DNA of 45,743 nucleotides from Gammaproteobacteria bacterium (GTDB taxonomy: Bacteria > Pseudomonadota > Gammaproteobacteria > GCA-001735895): the NCBI GenBank assembly GCA_024224415.1, contig JAAENK010000156.1, forward strand, positions 1-45,743, read 5' to 3'. Position 1 is the first letter of the stretch. Each line of letters begins with the position of its first letter. The translations under genes and the position numbers were made by a program. Below, in pieces: positions 7,788 to 18,064 of the stretch. The notes under the pieces are model-generated. The model worked only from the letters and a program-made list of their open reading frames with translations. It did no database searches and was not told where the DNA came from.

Positions 7788-9791
7788 ATGAACATGAAGT
7801 TGTCCTTTTCGACAGTTCGCAGCATATCTGGTTTGTTGGTTTGCCTGACCATATTTTTAGCAACATCAATTAATGCACAGGACGTGACTACCGAGTCAGA
7901 TTTTTTCGAAGATGCACCGCTTATTCTCACCGCTTCAAGAATGAGCAAGCCACTAATGGAATCACCTGCATCGGTCAGTGTGATCGATCGGCAAATGATC
8001 AAGGCAGCCGGTATTCGTAAACTAGCAGATATTTTTCGGCTGGTACCCGGTTTTATTGTCGGTAACTTAAGTGGGAATACGCCGATAGTAACTTATCAGG
8101 GTCAAGGTGCTGTATTTGCACGACAAATCCAGGTTCTGGTTGACGGACGCTCAGTATTTATCCCCTCATTCGGTGGCGTCCCATGGGTCAATCTACCTCT
8201 ACTACTTGAGGATATCGAACGCGTTGAAGTTATTCGAGGTCCCAATGCGGTCACCTATGGCGCAAATGCGTTTCTAGCCACAATTAACATAATCACCCGT
8301 CACGCCACCGAGGATTTGGGTGCTCGCTATTCGCTCACTGCTAGCGATAGCACAAATCCCAATGTAAGAGACGCATATTTCAGACTGGGTTATCATTTTG
8401 ATGATATCGACTGGCGACTTAGTATCGGTACCCTAAAGGATGATGGCTTCGAGACGGTTAATGACTCACGGGAAACCGACAAGTTAAATTTTCGGCTCGA
8501 CTATCTGGCCAATAACAACCAGTTCTGGACCATTCAGCTTGGTACTAGCAATACGATTAGCGGCAAGGGTTCACCAGGCAGCGCGACCAATCAGGAACGT
8601 AACGAAGATGCTACTAATAGTTATCTCAATATTAACTGGGAACAGGTTCGAATCAGTAGTAGTACCAGTATTCGCTTAACGCATACCGAACAGAAGGTGA
8701 TTGATAATTATCAACCTGAGCCATTCTCGATTGGTCCTATCTCCAATGTAACGACCTTTATCGATTTTGACAGGTTATCAAACCGAACCGACCTCGAAAT
8801 CATTCAAACCGAAGAGTTCGACATTTTCCGCATAGTTTACGGTACAAGTTTTCGTGAAGATCGAGTCAAATCAATCTATTTACTCAATAGCAATGATTTT
8901 CATGATATTCATATTTCGCGTTTGTTTACCAGTATGGAATGGCGGTTTGCGCAAGACTGGATTCTCGATTTGGGCACTACACTGGAGGATTCCAGTATTA
9001 CCGATCAGGAGTATTCACCACGTTTATCGCTATTGCACAATTTAACCGAAAATCACATGCTCAGGTTTGTTGCCTCACGAGCCAAACGCAATCCCATTCT
9101 ATTTGAACACAGTGGTCTTACAATATTTTCTGCCAATGGGAATATTCCCGGTCCGGGGATGACTGATTTCGACATGAAGATATGGCAAGGCAATCCAAAC
9201 ATAGTACCCGAAGATCTGATTTCCTACGAAATTGGCCTTCGTAGTCAATATGCTGACAGTGCTATTTCCAGCGATGTAAAACTATTCAGCTACAGGATAA
9301 CGGACTATATTGACGAAGCTTCGTTTAACGAAGCCCATCCCCTTCTGGGTACTATCAGCGTCGGGACGTCAGAAAATGCCGATGGTTTTCGTGTCAACGG
9401 CCTTGAAGCTTCGTATAACATCACACCAATCAGCGATCTTGACATCAAAACCGGTGTTAGTTTTGTTAGTATAGATACTGAAAACAGCGACATTAAAGAG
9501 TCGTATCCAGAAGCTTCCGCGTTTATTACCGCACAATATGAATGGCAGTCGAAACATAGTATTTCGGCTAGTTATTATTATGTAGATGAAATGATATGGC
9601 TCCATACCCCCAGTAACACAACGATACCATCTATTAACAAACTTGATTTGAGATATTCTCATTTACTGGATGAATCGAGTGAAACCAGGATTGAAATAAT
9701 CGGCCAAAATATGCTGGAGGATTATATCGATAGTCTTCAGGAAAATATCAACGAAAGAGTTTACCTGTTAAGGATATCGGGCGGTTTCTAG
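7788..9791 (+). CDS. TonB-dependent outer-membrane receptor
   Basis: Signal peptide; plug motifs LTASR...SPASVSVI, RLVPG, VLVDGR, DIERVEVIRGP; beta-strand-like C-terminal part ending in Phe. Confidence 0.88.
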   Translation: MNMKLSFSTVRSISGLLVCLTIFLATSINAQDVTTESDFFEDAPLILTASRMSKPLMESPASVSVIDRQMIKAAGIRKLADIFRLVPGFIVGNLSGNTPIVTYQGQGAVFARQIQVLVDGRSVFIPSFGGVPWVNLPLLLEDIERVEVIRGPNAVTYGANAFLATINIITRHATEDLGARYSLTASDSTNPNVRDAYFRLGYHFDDIDWRLSIGTLKDDGFETVNDSRETDKLNFRLDYLANNNQFWTIQLGTSNTISGKGSPGSATNQERNEDATNSYLNINWEQVRISSSTSIRLTHTEQKVIDNYQPEPFSIGPISNVTTFIDFDRLSNRTDLEIIQTEEFDIFRIVYGTSFREDRVKSIYLLNSNDFHDIHISRLFTSMEWRFAQDWILDLGTTLEDSSITDQEYSPRLSLLHNLTENHMLRFVASRAKRNPILFEHSGLTIFSANGNIPGPGMTDFDMKIWQGNPNIVPEDLISYEIGLRSQYADSAISSDVKLFSYRITDYIDEASFNEAHPLLGTISVGTSENADGFRVNGLEASYNITPISDLDIKTGVSFVSIDTENSDIKESYPEASAFITAQYEWQSKHSISASYYYVDEMIWLHTPSNTTIPSINKLDLRYSHLLDESSETRIEIIGQNMLEDYIDSLQENINERVYLLRISGGF

Positions 9792-9797
9792 AACTGC

Positions 9798-10724
9798 ATG
9801 AAGGTGAATATTAAAACTGTATGGATTTCAATTTTAAGTATCACATTGTTGGTGATACTAATCGATTCCCCTGCGTCGACTGATATTAAAAAAACTATCA
9901 CTATTGTTAAAAGTAGTAACAACAGTTACTACAATCTGACAATCGACAGCTTGATCGAACGATCACCTAAAGACATTTCTTTCGAAGTTGTCCTTGCTGA
10001 TTCAAGCCATTTTAACAACTTGACGTTACTCAAAACTAATCCCGTCATCAGTCTTGGTAGCAAAGCCACTTCCCGGGTTCTTGGAAAATTCTCAGATCAA
10101 CCAGTAATAAGTTCTTATATCACCAATAATCAACTTCAAAGCCTTTCCCCGACGGCGACAAATCATTTTCCTGTTTTACTCGAGCAACCCTTTGAACGCT
10201 ATCTTGCATTTAGCCAAAAATTATTAAAACTGAACTCACTTGGCATTATCAACCGGCAACCGCAATTACTTACTCGCAGGCAGAAGATAATATTAACGCA
10301 ATTGAATTTAAATTTACGGCAATTTCAAACAGATAAGCCCGAAAGCCTGCTTAGAACTATCAGGCAATTAAAGAGTCAAAGTGATGCTTTGCTGATCCTG
10401 CCTGATCAAAACCTTTTCAATCGTAATACCTTGAAAGGCGTATTATTAACCAGCTATCGAAACCGTATACCTGTTATCAGTTACTCGCCAGCACATGTCA
10501 AATCGGGTGCACTGGCTTCGATATACTCGTCACCCGAAGATATTGGACATCATCTTGCCGATTTGCTTTCCCAATATCTGAGAAACAAGCTGAAACCAGG
10601 GCAAACCCCACAACTTGCACGTTATTTTTCGATTAGTATAAATAGTCGCGTTGCATATTCACTCGGATTAAGGCTGCCGAAGGAGTCAGACATAAGACAG
10701 TTCATCGACGAGACCTTACGATGA
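9798..10724 (+). CDS. Periplasmic substrate-binding protein (ABC_sub_bind-like) with no adjacent ABC transporter
   Basis: N-terminal hydrophobic segment; C-terminal DALLILPD...RIPVISYS...VKSGALAS...DIG...ISINSRVAYSLGL pattern. Confidence 0.75.
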   Translation: MKVNIKTVWISILSITLLVILIDSPASTDIKKTITIVKSSNNSYYNLTIDSLIERSPKDISFEVVLADSSHFNNLTLLKTNPVISLGSKATSRVLGKFSDQPVISSYITNNQLQSLSPTATNHFPVLLEQPFERYLAFSQKLLKLNSLGIINRQPQLLTRRQKIILTQLNLNLRQFQTDKPESLLRTIRQLKSQSDALLILPDQNLFNRNTLKGVLLTSYRNRIPVISYSPAHVKSGALASIYSSPEDIGHHLADLLSQYLRNKLKPGQTPQLARYFSISINSRVAYSLGLRLPKESDIRQFIDETLR

Positions 10725-13456
10725 ACAGACTTGGAATAAAGTATCAAATACTCGTAATTACATTCATTCCCGCATTCTTGATCGATGTTTTTTTTACATA
10801 TTCACATATTACAACCAGTATTTCCCAGGCGCAGGAGTTACTTCAAGCCAAAGGGCAAATAATTTCAAAACAAATTGCCGGTGCTTCCGAGTTCAACCTG
10901 TTTTCGGGTAACGATAAGCAAATCCAGTACATGCTTGATCAGACTATCGATACCCACGATATAATTCTTGCCGCAGCTTACAATCTTGAGGGTGACCTGA
11001 TCGCCGAATCAATGTCAGATATTTACAGTGCGAACGAATCGATTGATTACTTTTATTTTCATCAGGCAATCCTCTCCGAAAGCATTGCTGTTTCAGATGT
11101 GTTTTCTCCAGACCAGATTGATGGCTCACTCAACCAGACCATCGGTTGGGTGCATTTATATATTTCCAGGCAGCAACTCGATGAAACTAAAGCAAACGTA
11201 ATCCGCGATTCAATCATATTCTTTGTCATTGTTCTGATCATGACCCTGGTTCTTACTACCATTATTAGTCGAGGCATAACCTCGCCAATCTTCAAACTCA
11301 TGAATCATTTAGGACGTGTAGAAACCGGATATCTTGGTGAGCTGATTGAGCCGGTTGAAGAGAACGAAATCGGCGCGGTGCAACGTGGTTTCAATCGTAT
11401 GACCCAGTCTCTGTCAATTAACCGGAAGCATTTAAATGACCGAATTCAGCAGGCCACTCAGCAACTTAGTGAAGCAATAACCGACCTCGAAGCAAAAAAC
11501 AGAGAGCTTGGCTTTGCGCGTGATGAAGCACAAAATGCCAATCGCATAAAATCCGAATTCCTGGCCAATATGAGCCATGAGATTCGCACCCCGATTAATG
11601 GTATCAAAGGTTTCATCAGCCTGATGGGGCAGTCGGATCTAACCCCACAGCAGAAACGCTACGCTGACATTATTCTCAAATCGACGAATGACCTGACTAG
11701 TATCATCAACGAAATTCTCGACTTCTCCAAACTGGAATCTGGCAAACTACAAATTATTGAGGATGACTTTAATCTGTATGAAATCATCGAACAAACCCGA
11801 GATATCCTGTTCATTAATGTTATTAGTAAAAATATCGATTTGATATTAATAATTTATAGTGACACGCCGAAACTTGTCTGTGGCGATAAACTACGCCTCA
11901 AGCAAATCCTGCTTAACCTGATGGGTAATGCCATTAAATTTACCGATCAGGGACAGGTCGTGGTTCGAGTTGCGCTCGAACAGGCGTCGAATAATGAGGT
12001 GGAAATATTAATCACTGTTGAAGATACCGGTATTGGCATAGCGGATCAGGATCAGGAGTATTTGTTTACTGCATTTAGCCAGGTTGAATCAGCCGCTAAC
12101 CGACGCTACTCCGGTACTGGCCTGGGACTTGTAATCTGTAAGAATCTGGTGAATTTAATGGGTGGTGAAATAACCATGCAAAGTACCTATGGCGAGGGGT
12201 CAACATTTTCCATACACCTGCCTTTTTCGATTCCATTAAACATCAAACCCGAAGATCCAACTCCGGCACTAGATTTGACTACATTTATTTTCGCTTCACA
12301 AAAAACCTGCTTACAGGAAACCCAATCTTTATTTGATCGCACAGGTGTAGCAACCGAAGGTTTGTTAATTGATGCTACACAATCAACCGATCAAATCAGA
12401 GAAATAATTCAGAAAAATCTGAAATTTATCGACATCATTGTTTTCGATCTACGCCATATGACACAAAATCTTGATGACATCATCTATGATCAATTTATTG
12501 CTAATCATCGAGTGCTGGTAATGCATTATGATCAGAGCTTGATACCCGATCTTAAACTGAGTGACTACGAATTTGTCTCGAATATCACTACCAGCTCTAA
12601 TCTGACAAAGTTATTGGAGTCGATCCCTCAAAGCAACTATCCACAGCAATCCATAGAAACAAAACAGGTACTGCCTCAACAGAGTAAGAAAGTCCTGCTG
12701 GTGGATGATAACCAGATAAATTTAAAACTCGCTGCCGAGCTAGTTCGATTGTGGGGGCATCATGCAACAGAGGCCAGTCACGCCAGGGCGGCAATGGCTT
12801 TGTATCAGCAACAGAATTTTGATCTAATCATCCTCGATATACAAATGCCTGAAATCGATGGTACTACATTATTGAAAATGATGCGGGAAGAAAAATCCGG
12901 CAATAAGACACCATTTGTTGCGCTGACCGCGAACATTATGCCCGAAGAAGCTGAGCGGTTATTAAACCTTGGTTTCGATTATTATCTGAGCAAACCTATC
13001 GACGAAGAAAAATTCAAATCAATACTCGATGGCTCGTATTCTATTGATAAGTCAGAAAAGTCAATACCAATTGAAGGTGACAACCTCGACTTAAATAACC
13101 TTAGGTCGGTCGATGTAGAAAAGTCATTGATACTTTCCGCGAACAACCATTCACTGCTAATACAGATATTCGAATTATTGTTACGTGAGGTACCCACTCA
13201 CCAGAAACAGCTGGAAGAAGCAATGGAGATCTCGGATCAAAAAAAGATTTCTATGATATTACACAAGATCCATGGCATTACCTGTTACGCCAGCCTGCCT
13301 AAACTACGGCAACTTGTTCTAGCAGCTCAGCATCACTCACCTGGTAGCAGCATTGAATCATTTGATGACGGGATCCGAGCGATTATTGCTGAGCTGTATG
13401 TCATAAAAATAGAAACTGAAACTCTTATTGCAGAATACTCAGAACTGGTCGATTAA
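10721..13456 (+). CDS. barA: Tripartite hybrid sensor histidine kinase BarA/GacS
   Basis: Two TMs around a periplasmic domain, HAMP, FLANMSHEIRTP, N/G boxes (NAIKFT, DTGIG, GTGLGL), REC (LLVDD...LDIQMP...KP), HPt (LHKIHG); lies between acpS and cysM/rlmD. Confidence 0.85.
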   Translation: MNRLGIKYQILVITFIPAFLIDVFFTYSHITTSISQAQELLQAKGQIISKQIAGASEFNLFSGNDKQIQYMLDQTIDTHDIILAAAYNLEGDLIAESMSDIYSANESIDYFYFHQAILSESIAVSDVFSPDQIDGSLNQTIGWVHLYISRQQLDETKANVIRDSIIFFVIVLIMTLVLTTIISRGITSPIFKLMNHLGRVETGYLGELIEPVEENEIGAVQRGFNRMTQSLSINRKHLNDRIQQATQQLSEAITDLEAKNRELGFARDEAQNANRIKSEFLANMSHEIRTPINGIKGFISLMGQSDLTPQQKRYADIILKSTNDLTSIINEILDFSKLESGKLQIIEDDFNLYEIIEQTRDILFINVISKNIDLILIIYSDTPKLVCGDKLRLKQILLNLMGNAIKFTDQGQVVVRVALEQASNNEVEILITVEDTGIGIADQDQEYLFTAFSQVESAANRRYSGTGLGLVICKNLVNLMGGEITMQSTYGEGSTFSIHLPFSIPLNIKPEDPTPALDLTTFIFASQKTCLQETQSLFDRTGVATEGLLIDATQSTDQIREIIQKNLKFIDIIVFDLRHMTQNLDDIIYDQFIANHRVLVMHYDQSLIPDLKLSDYEFVSNITTSSNLTKLLESIPQSNYPQQSIETKQVLPQQSKKVLLVDDNQINLKLAAELVRLWGHHATEASHARAAMALYQQQNFDLIILDIQMPEIDGTTLLKMMREEKSGNKTPFVALTANIMPEEAERLLNLGFDYYLSKPIDEEKFKSILDGSYSIDKSEKSIPIEGDNLDLNNLRSVDVEKSLILSANNHSLLIQIFELLLREVPTHQKQLEEAMEISDQKKISMILHKIHGITCYASLPKLRQLVLAAQHHSPGSSIESFDDGIRAIIAELYVIKIETETLIAEYSELVD

Positions 13457-13464
13457 AATCCAGG

Positions 13465-13845
13465 CTAGTTTGACTCGAGTATAACCATGGCCACAACATA
13501 GTTTTTCTCATCTGACAGGGAAACAAACACATTGGAAACCTGGCATTGCTCGACTAGCTTCAAAGCAGCATGGTAAAAGCTTAGCTGTGGCTTACCGTGA
13601 GCATCATTACTCACTTCAATCGACTTGTAGTTAACACCCTGATCAAACCCGGTACCAAGCGCCTTGGCGGCTGCCTCCTTGGCTGCAAAACGCGTGGCAA
13701 GAAAAAGCGCTGGATGAGCACGTCGGTGAAACTGCTCAAACTCTGCGTCGGTTAAAATTCGACGCGCAAAACGTTCACCGTAGTGCTCGTACAAATTGGA
13801 AAATCTCGTCGTTTCGGCAATATCTACACCTATGCCGGCAATCAT
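13465..13845 (-). CDS. acpS: Holo-ACP synthase
   Basis: [30 protein letters not shown]. Confidence 0.96.
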   Translation of the reverse strand: MIAGIGVDIAETTRFSNLYEHYGERFARRILTDAEFEQFHRRAHPALFLATRFAAKEAAAKALGTGFDQGVNYKSIEVSNDAHGKPQLSFYHAALKLVEQCQVSNVFVSLSDEKNYVVAMVILESN

Positions 13846-14570
13846 GCGCGCGCTTCTATCATCAGGCGTTTCATTTCTCGAACTGAATTTCCGAGCCCAT
13901 TGAATACTGCATCGGCAATAATTGCATGCCCGATATTAAGTTCACTAACCAGCGGGTTACGGGCAATTGCCTTTACATTGTGATAATTCAAACCGTGCCC
14001 GGCATTAACCTGTAAGCCTTTGCCATGAGCGTGAGCAATGGCCTGATTTATTTCTTCTAATAGCCTGTCCTGCTCGGATTCGTTAGTCGCATCGGCGTAG
14101 TGACCGGTATGAATTTCAATGCAGTGAGCACCACATTCAACGACGGCATCAATTTGTTCAGCGTTGGCGTCTATAAACGGCGACACACGCGTTCCGACAG
14201 CAGCGAGACGGTCGCAGGCCTGCTTAACCTGGGCAAATTGTCCAACCACATCCAGTCCTCCCTCGGTGGTCAATTCCTCACGTTTCTCCGGCACCAGGCA
14301 AACATCTTCGGGTTTAAGTTCGCAGGCTAACACGAGCATTTCCTCAACCACCGCAATCTCCAGATTAATCTTTGTCTGTACTAGTTGCTTGAGCAGCAAA
14401 ACATCACGTTCCTGGATATGACGTCGATCCTCGCGCAAATGTAATGTAATGGAGTCAGCGCCTGACTGCTCGGCAATTTGTGCAGCGTAAAGCGGATCAG
14501 GATAGCGCGTACCGCGTGCCTGTCGCAATGTTGCTACATGATCGATGTTAACACCCAAAGTGATCGACAT
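13842..14570 (-). CDS. pdxJ: Pyridoxine 5'-phosphate synthase
   Basis: [50 protein letters not shown]. Confidence 0.97.
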   Translation of the reverse strand: MSITLGVNIDHVATLRQARGTRYPDPLYAAQIAEQSGADSITLHLREDRRHIQERDVLLLKQLVQTKINLEIAVVEEMLVLACELKPEDVCLVPEKREELTTEGGLDVVGQFAQVKQACDRLAAVGTRVSPFIDANAEQIDAVVECGAHCIEIHTGHYADATNESEQDRLLEEINQAIAHAHGKGLQVNAGHGLNYHNVKAIARNPLVSELNIGHAIIADAVFNGLGNSVREMKRLMIEARA

Positions 14571-14572
14571 AT

Positions 14573-15271
14573 TTATTTCCATTTATTAATTTGAAGATAT
14601 ATATCGCGAGATTTTAATCTTTTCCCCTGTAAGTTAAAATCAATAATACAACGCATGACTGTTTTGGCGATTTGCAAAACCTCACTATTATCAAATCGAT
14701 TGTGATTCCAGTCGATGATTAAACCGCCACTAATGGCATTGCCATGTGCTTTGTCGCAGCGTAGAAAGCCTCTGCTAGCCAGAAAATGGTAATACAACTG
14801 AGCCTGGACAGGATCACCGCTTTCGGCATCGAGAGTCATTTCTGGTAAATATCCCAATATCCACATTGCAGATCGTTCGAATCGTCGGAGGCATTGCTCT
14901 GTATCCGGCAGATTTATATTTTCCAGCAATTCACCATACTGGGCGAATAGTTCCGGGCTGGATTCCTGTTGAGGTAAAAAAGCTGCTATGAGCTCGTTAA
15001 CGTAGAGCAACGGCAAATACAGCTGCTCATTAATCGGTATAGGTTTGCCATCGATAGCAGTCAGGGTTTTTAATTCCTGGCGCCCACTCCAACTTACCAT
15101 GAGCTGGCAAAAAGGTTGATAGAGTCCAGTGGACTTGCCACTTTTACTGCCTTTGGCAAGCAAACTGATACGACCATATTCGAGGGTCATTAAGTCTAGA
15201 ATTAGACTGGTATTCCGCCAATCACGTCGATGCAGCAGGTAAGCAGGTTGATCAGTAACTCTGATCTGCAC
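14573..15271 (-). CDS. recO: DNA repair protein RecO
   Basis: [30 protein letters not shown]; follows era. GTG start at 15271 is inferred. Confidence 0.92.
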   Translation of the reverse strand: MQIRVTDQPAYLLHRRDWRNTSLILDLMTLEYGRISLLAKGSKSGKSTGLYQPFCQLMVSWSGRQELKTLTAIDGKPIPINEQLYLPLLYVNELIAAFLPQQESSPELFAQYGELLENINLPDTEQCLRRFERSAMWILGYLPEMTLDAESGDPVQAQLYYHFLASRGFLRCDKAHGNAISGGLIIDWNHNRFDNSEVLQIAKTVMRCIIDFNLQGKRLKSRDIYLQINKWK

Positions 15272-16154
15272 TGGAATACCCAAAGGCAGCCAACGAGCGC
15301 TCATCGTCAGCCCAGTCCTCCCTAACCTTCACCCACAGTTGCAAATAGACCTGCCCATCGACCAATTTCTCGATATCATGCCTGGCCAGACTACCGGTTT
15401 GCTTGAGTTGACGGCCTTGCTTGCCAATAACTATGGCCTTTTGTGATTTACGTTCCACCCAGATAGTTGCTGAAATTCGAGTCAGATCCGACTCCTCCTT
15501 GTAATGGTCAACACTGACGGTAATTGAATAGGGTAATTCCTGTGTTAATACCCGAAACAACTTTTCGCGCACTATTTCAGCAACAATAAAACGCATCGAC
15601 TTATCGGTGAGCTGGTCATCTGGAAACTGTGGTACCGCTATCGGTAAGTAGCTGATGATAAGTGCTTCGAGTCTATCCAGGTTTTCCTTTTCGAGCGCAG
15701 AAACCGGCACAATTTCAAAATCGGGGACTATTTCAGAAATCTTTTGCATGACTGGCAAACAGGCTGTCTTAGTCATTTGATCAATTTTATTTAATACGAT
15801 AACGACATTGTTCCTACCAGCGACACGCTTGAGAATTTTGACATCATCACCATTAAAGTGACTAATATCGAGCAGCACACAAATCAAGTCGGCATCTGCT
15901 AACATACTGATTGCCGCACGATTCATATAACGATGTATGGCTTTTTGATTACTATCGTGAATCCCCGGTGTATCGACAAAGATACATTGATAGCTTTGCG
16001 TGGTTTTGATACCGAGTATTTGATGGCGAGTTGTTTGTGGTCGATGCGCGGTGATGCTTAATTTTTCACCAACCAGGGCGTTCATCAAGGTTGATTTACC
16101 AGTATTGGGCTTACCAATCAGCGCCACATAACCGGTTTGAAACGAATCATTCAT
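15252..16154 (-). CDS. era: GTPase Era
   Basis: GKPNTGKST, PQTTR, DTPG, NKID, KH motif IVIGKQG. Confidence 0.97.
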   Translation of the reverse strand: MNDSFQTGYVALIGKPNTGKSTLMNALVGEKLSITAHRPQTTRHQILGIKTTQSYQCIFVDTPGIHDSNQKAIHRYMNRAAISMLADADLICVLLDISHFNGDDVKILKRVAGRNNVVIVLNKIDQMTKTACLPVMQKISEIVPDFEIVPVSALEKENLDRLEALIISYLPIAVPQFPDDQLTDKSMRFIVAEIVREKLFRVLTQELPYSITVSVDHYKEESDLTRISATIWVERKSQKAIVIGKQGRQLKQTGSLARHDIEKLVDGQVYLQLWVKVREDWADDERSLAAFGYSSADQSY

Positions 16155-16822
16155 GAGGTCAGTTGCTCAAATGCTATGCCAGCAGCAACTTGTTCGGCTT
16201 TTTTTCGGCTACCGCCCTTGCCACTTGTTTCCACAGAAAATGCCGGCACCCGACATTTCACGGTAAAAACCTGGTCGTGAGCTTTACCCGTGGTTTGGAT
16301 CACTTCATAATTCGGCAAATCGCTTTGCTTGCCCTGTAGAAATTCCTGTAAGCGCGTTTTTGGGTCTTTTAGCGACTGAGTATCTGGCAATGTATCTAGA
16401 TAATCACGAAACAAAAATAAAACAGCATCTCTAGCCTGTTCAAAACTGCTATCGAGACACATTGCTCCGATTAATGCCTCGAGTACATCCGACAGAATCG
16501 ATGCCCGACGAAAACCCCCACTTTTTAACTCCCCACCACCAAGATGAATATACTCCCCGAGATTATTTTTCCGGGAAATCTCAGCCAAGGTTTCTTCTTT
16601 AACAAGCGAAGCGCGAATACGGCTTAATTCACCTTCATCGGCATCCGGCAATTGCTGGTAGATATATTGAGTAATAGCCAGGCTTAAAACACTATCACCC
16701 AAAAATTCGAGGCGCTCATTATTGTTGCCACGGGAGAAACTACGGTGGCTTAGCGCCTGATCGAGTAACCCGGTTTGCTTGAATCGATAACCTGAAATGG
16801 CCTGGAAAGTTTCCGGCTTCAC
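16151..16822 (-). CDS. rnc: Ribonuclease III
   Basis: NERLEFLGDSVL signature; dsRBD DPKTRLQE...KKAEQ. Confidence 0.97.
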   Translation of the reverse strand: MKPETFQAISGYRFKQTGLLDQALSHRSFSRGNNNERLEFLGDSVLSLAITQYIYQQLPDADEGELSRIRASLVKEETLAEISRKNNLGEYIHLGGGELKSGGFRRASILSDVLEALIGAMCLDSSFEQARDAVLFLFRDYLDTLPDTQSLKDPKTRLQEFLQGKQSDLPNYEVIQTTGKAHDQVFTVKCRVPAFSVETSGKGGSRKKAEQVAAGIAFEQLTS

Positions 16823-17196
16823 CGATCAATTACTACAGACTCGCTGAAAGCTCCCCCGATATACAGATTACCGACATAGTCATCACGGGTCTCATAGGTA
16901 ACCGTTACTGTAGTCTTACCATCCTTGCGTGACATTTTGACGTTTTCACGATATATAGTTCGTATATTATTAACATCTAATCTTCTATACATTTTATCCC
17001 AAATGGCGCGCTTCGATTTCACATCAATACTGGCATCTTCCTGTATCGATTTCAAAATCTCCTTAATTTGATAATTTTCGTAGTACATCGGAAACACCTT
17101 GAAAAAGGTGGTTAATAGAAACGCAAAAATAGCAATAATAGCTAGCCAGGTTGGTAGAGATAAACCTCTCTGGCTATGTCTGTTAATCTTGCTCAT
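16819..17196 (-). CDS. DUF4845 family protein
   Basis: QRGLS followed by a hydrophobic helix; conserved position between lepB and rnc; ATG at 17196. Confidence 0.8.
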   Translation of the reverse strand: MSKINRHSQRGLSLPTWLAIIAIFAFLLTTFFKVFPMYYENYQIKEILKSIQEDASIDVKSKRAIWDKMYRRLDVNNIRTIYRENVKMSRKDGKTTVTVTYETRDDYVGNLYIGGAFSESVVIDR

Positions 17197-17207
17197 AACA
17201 TCTAACC

Positions 17208-18038
17208 TCAATCTGATATACGTGTGCCTATTCTGGAAAGCTCCAGTCCGGTGCCACCATTCCTCCAATCCCAGTGCATCCATATCATAACAGCCTTTCC
17301 GACCAGATTCTCCTCTGGTACAAATCCCCAGAAACGACTGTCGTTACTATGATCCCGATTGTCACCCATAACAAAATAGTGACCGGAAGGTACAAACAAT
17401 TCACCGTCAGCACTGTATCGAACATCTGGATTGGTCATCATTGTATAGCTGGTTTCGCCTAATTCTTCGTTAAATACTTTGCATTTTGCCTTGATGTTGT
17501 CACAACCCTGATTAATGACAAGTTCGCTAGATTCACCCAAACCCTGATAAGTTTCCAAAAGCTGAGTTTTTACAAGTTTACCATTAACCGATAAACGGCG
17601 ATTGTAGTAACTGATATGATCACCAGGTAATCCGATAACCCGTTTGATGTAGTCCAGAGATTCGTCTTTGGGATACCTGAAAACTGCAATATCACCGCGT
17701 TTGGGTTTTTCACCGCCGGTTATTTCAGTATGTATTACAGGCAAGCGCAAACCGTAATCATATTTATTTACCAATATAAAATCACCAACAAGCAGGGTCG
17801 GCATCATTGAACCAGAAGGAATACGAAAAGGTTCATAAACAAATGAACGCAATATCATCACCGCCAGTAGCACCGGGAAAAATGATTTTGAATACTCAAC
17901 GATTATGGGATCGTGTACAGATTTACTGGTAGCTTCCTTCTGCCTTTGTCTGGCAAACATAAAGTGATCGATCAGCCAGATCAGCCCAGATCCCAGGGTA
18001 CCCAGAACCAGGAGAAATTCGAAATCAAAGTGAATCAT
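17208..18038 (-). CDS. lepB: Signal peptidase I
   Basis: EPFRIPSGSMMPTL, DYIKRVIGLPGD, MGDNRDHSNDSRFWG. Confidence 0.97.
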   Translation of the reverse strand: MIHFDFEFLLVLGTLGSGLIWLIDHFMFARQRQKEATSKSVHDPIIVEYSKSFFPVLLAVMILRSFVYEPFRIPSGSMMPTLLVGDFILVNKYDYGLRLPVIHTEITGGEKPKRGDIAVFRYPKDESLDYIKRVIGLPGDHISYYNRRLSVNGKLVKTQLLETYQGLGESSELVINQGCDNIKAKCKVFNEELGETSYTMMTNPDVRYSADGELFVPSGHYFVMGDNRDHSNDSRFWGFVPEENLVGKAVMIWMHWDWRNGGTGLELSRIGTRISD

Positions 18039-18064
18039 TAAGTCTAAAAACCTCTATTAATACG

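Noticed and set aside
7788-13456. Receptor-binding protein-kinase block as a mobile island (looks somewhat AT-rich)
   Set aside because: No integrase, flanking repeats or bordering tRNA. The kinase occupies the ancestral barA position. I did not compute GC content.
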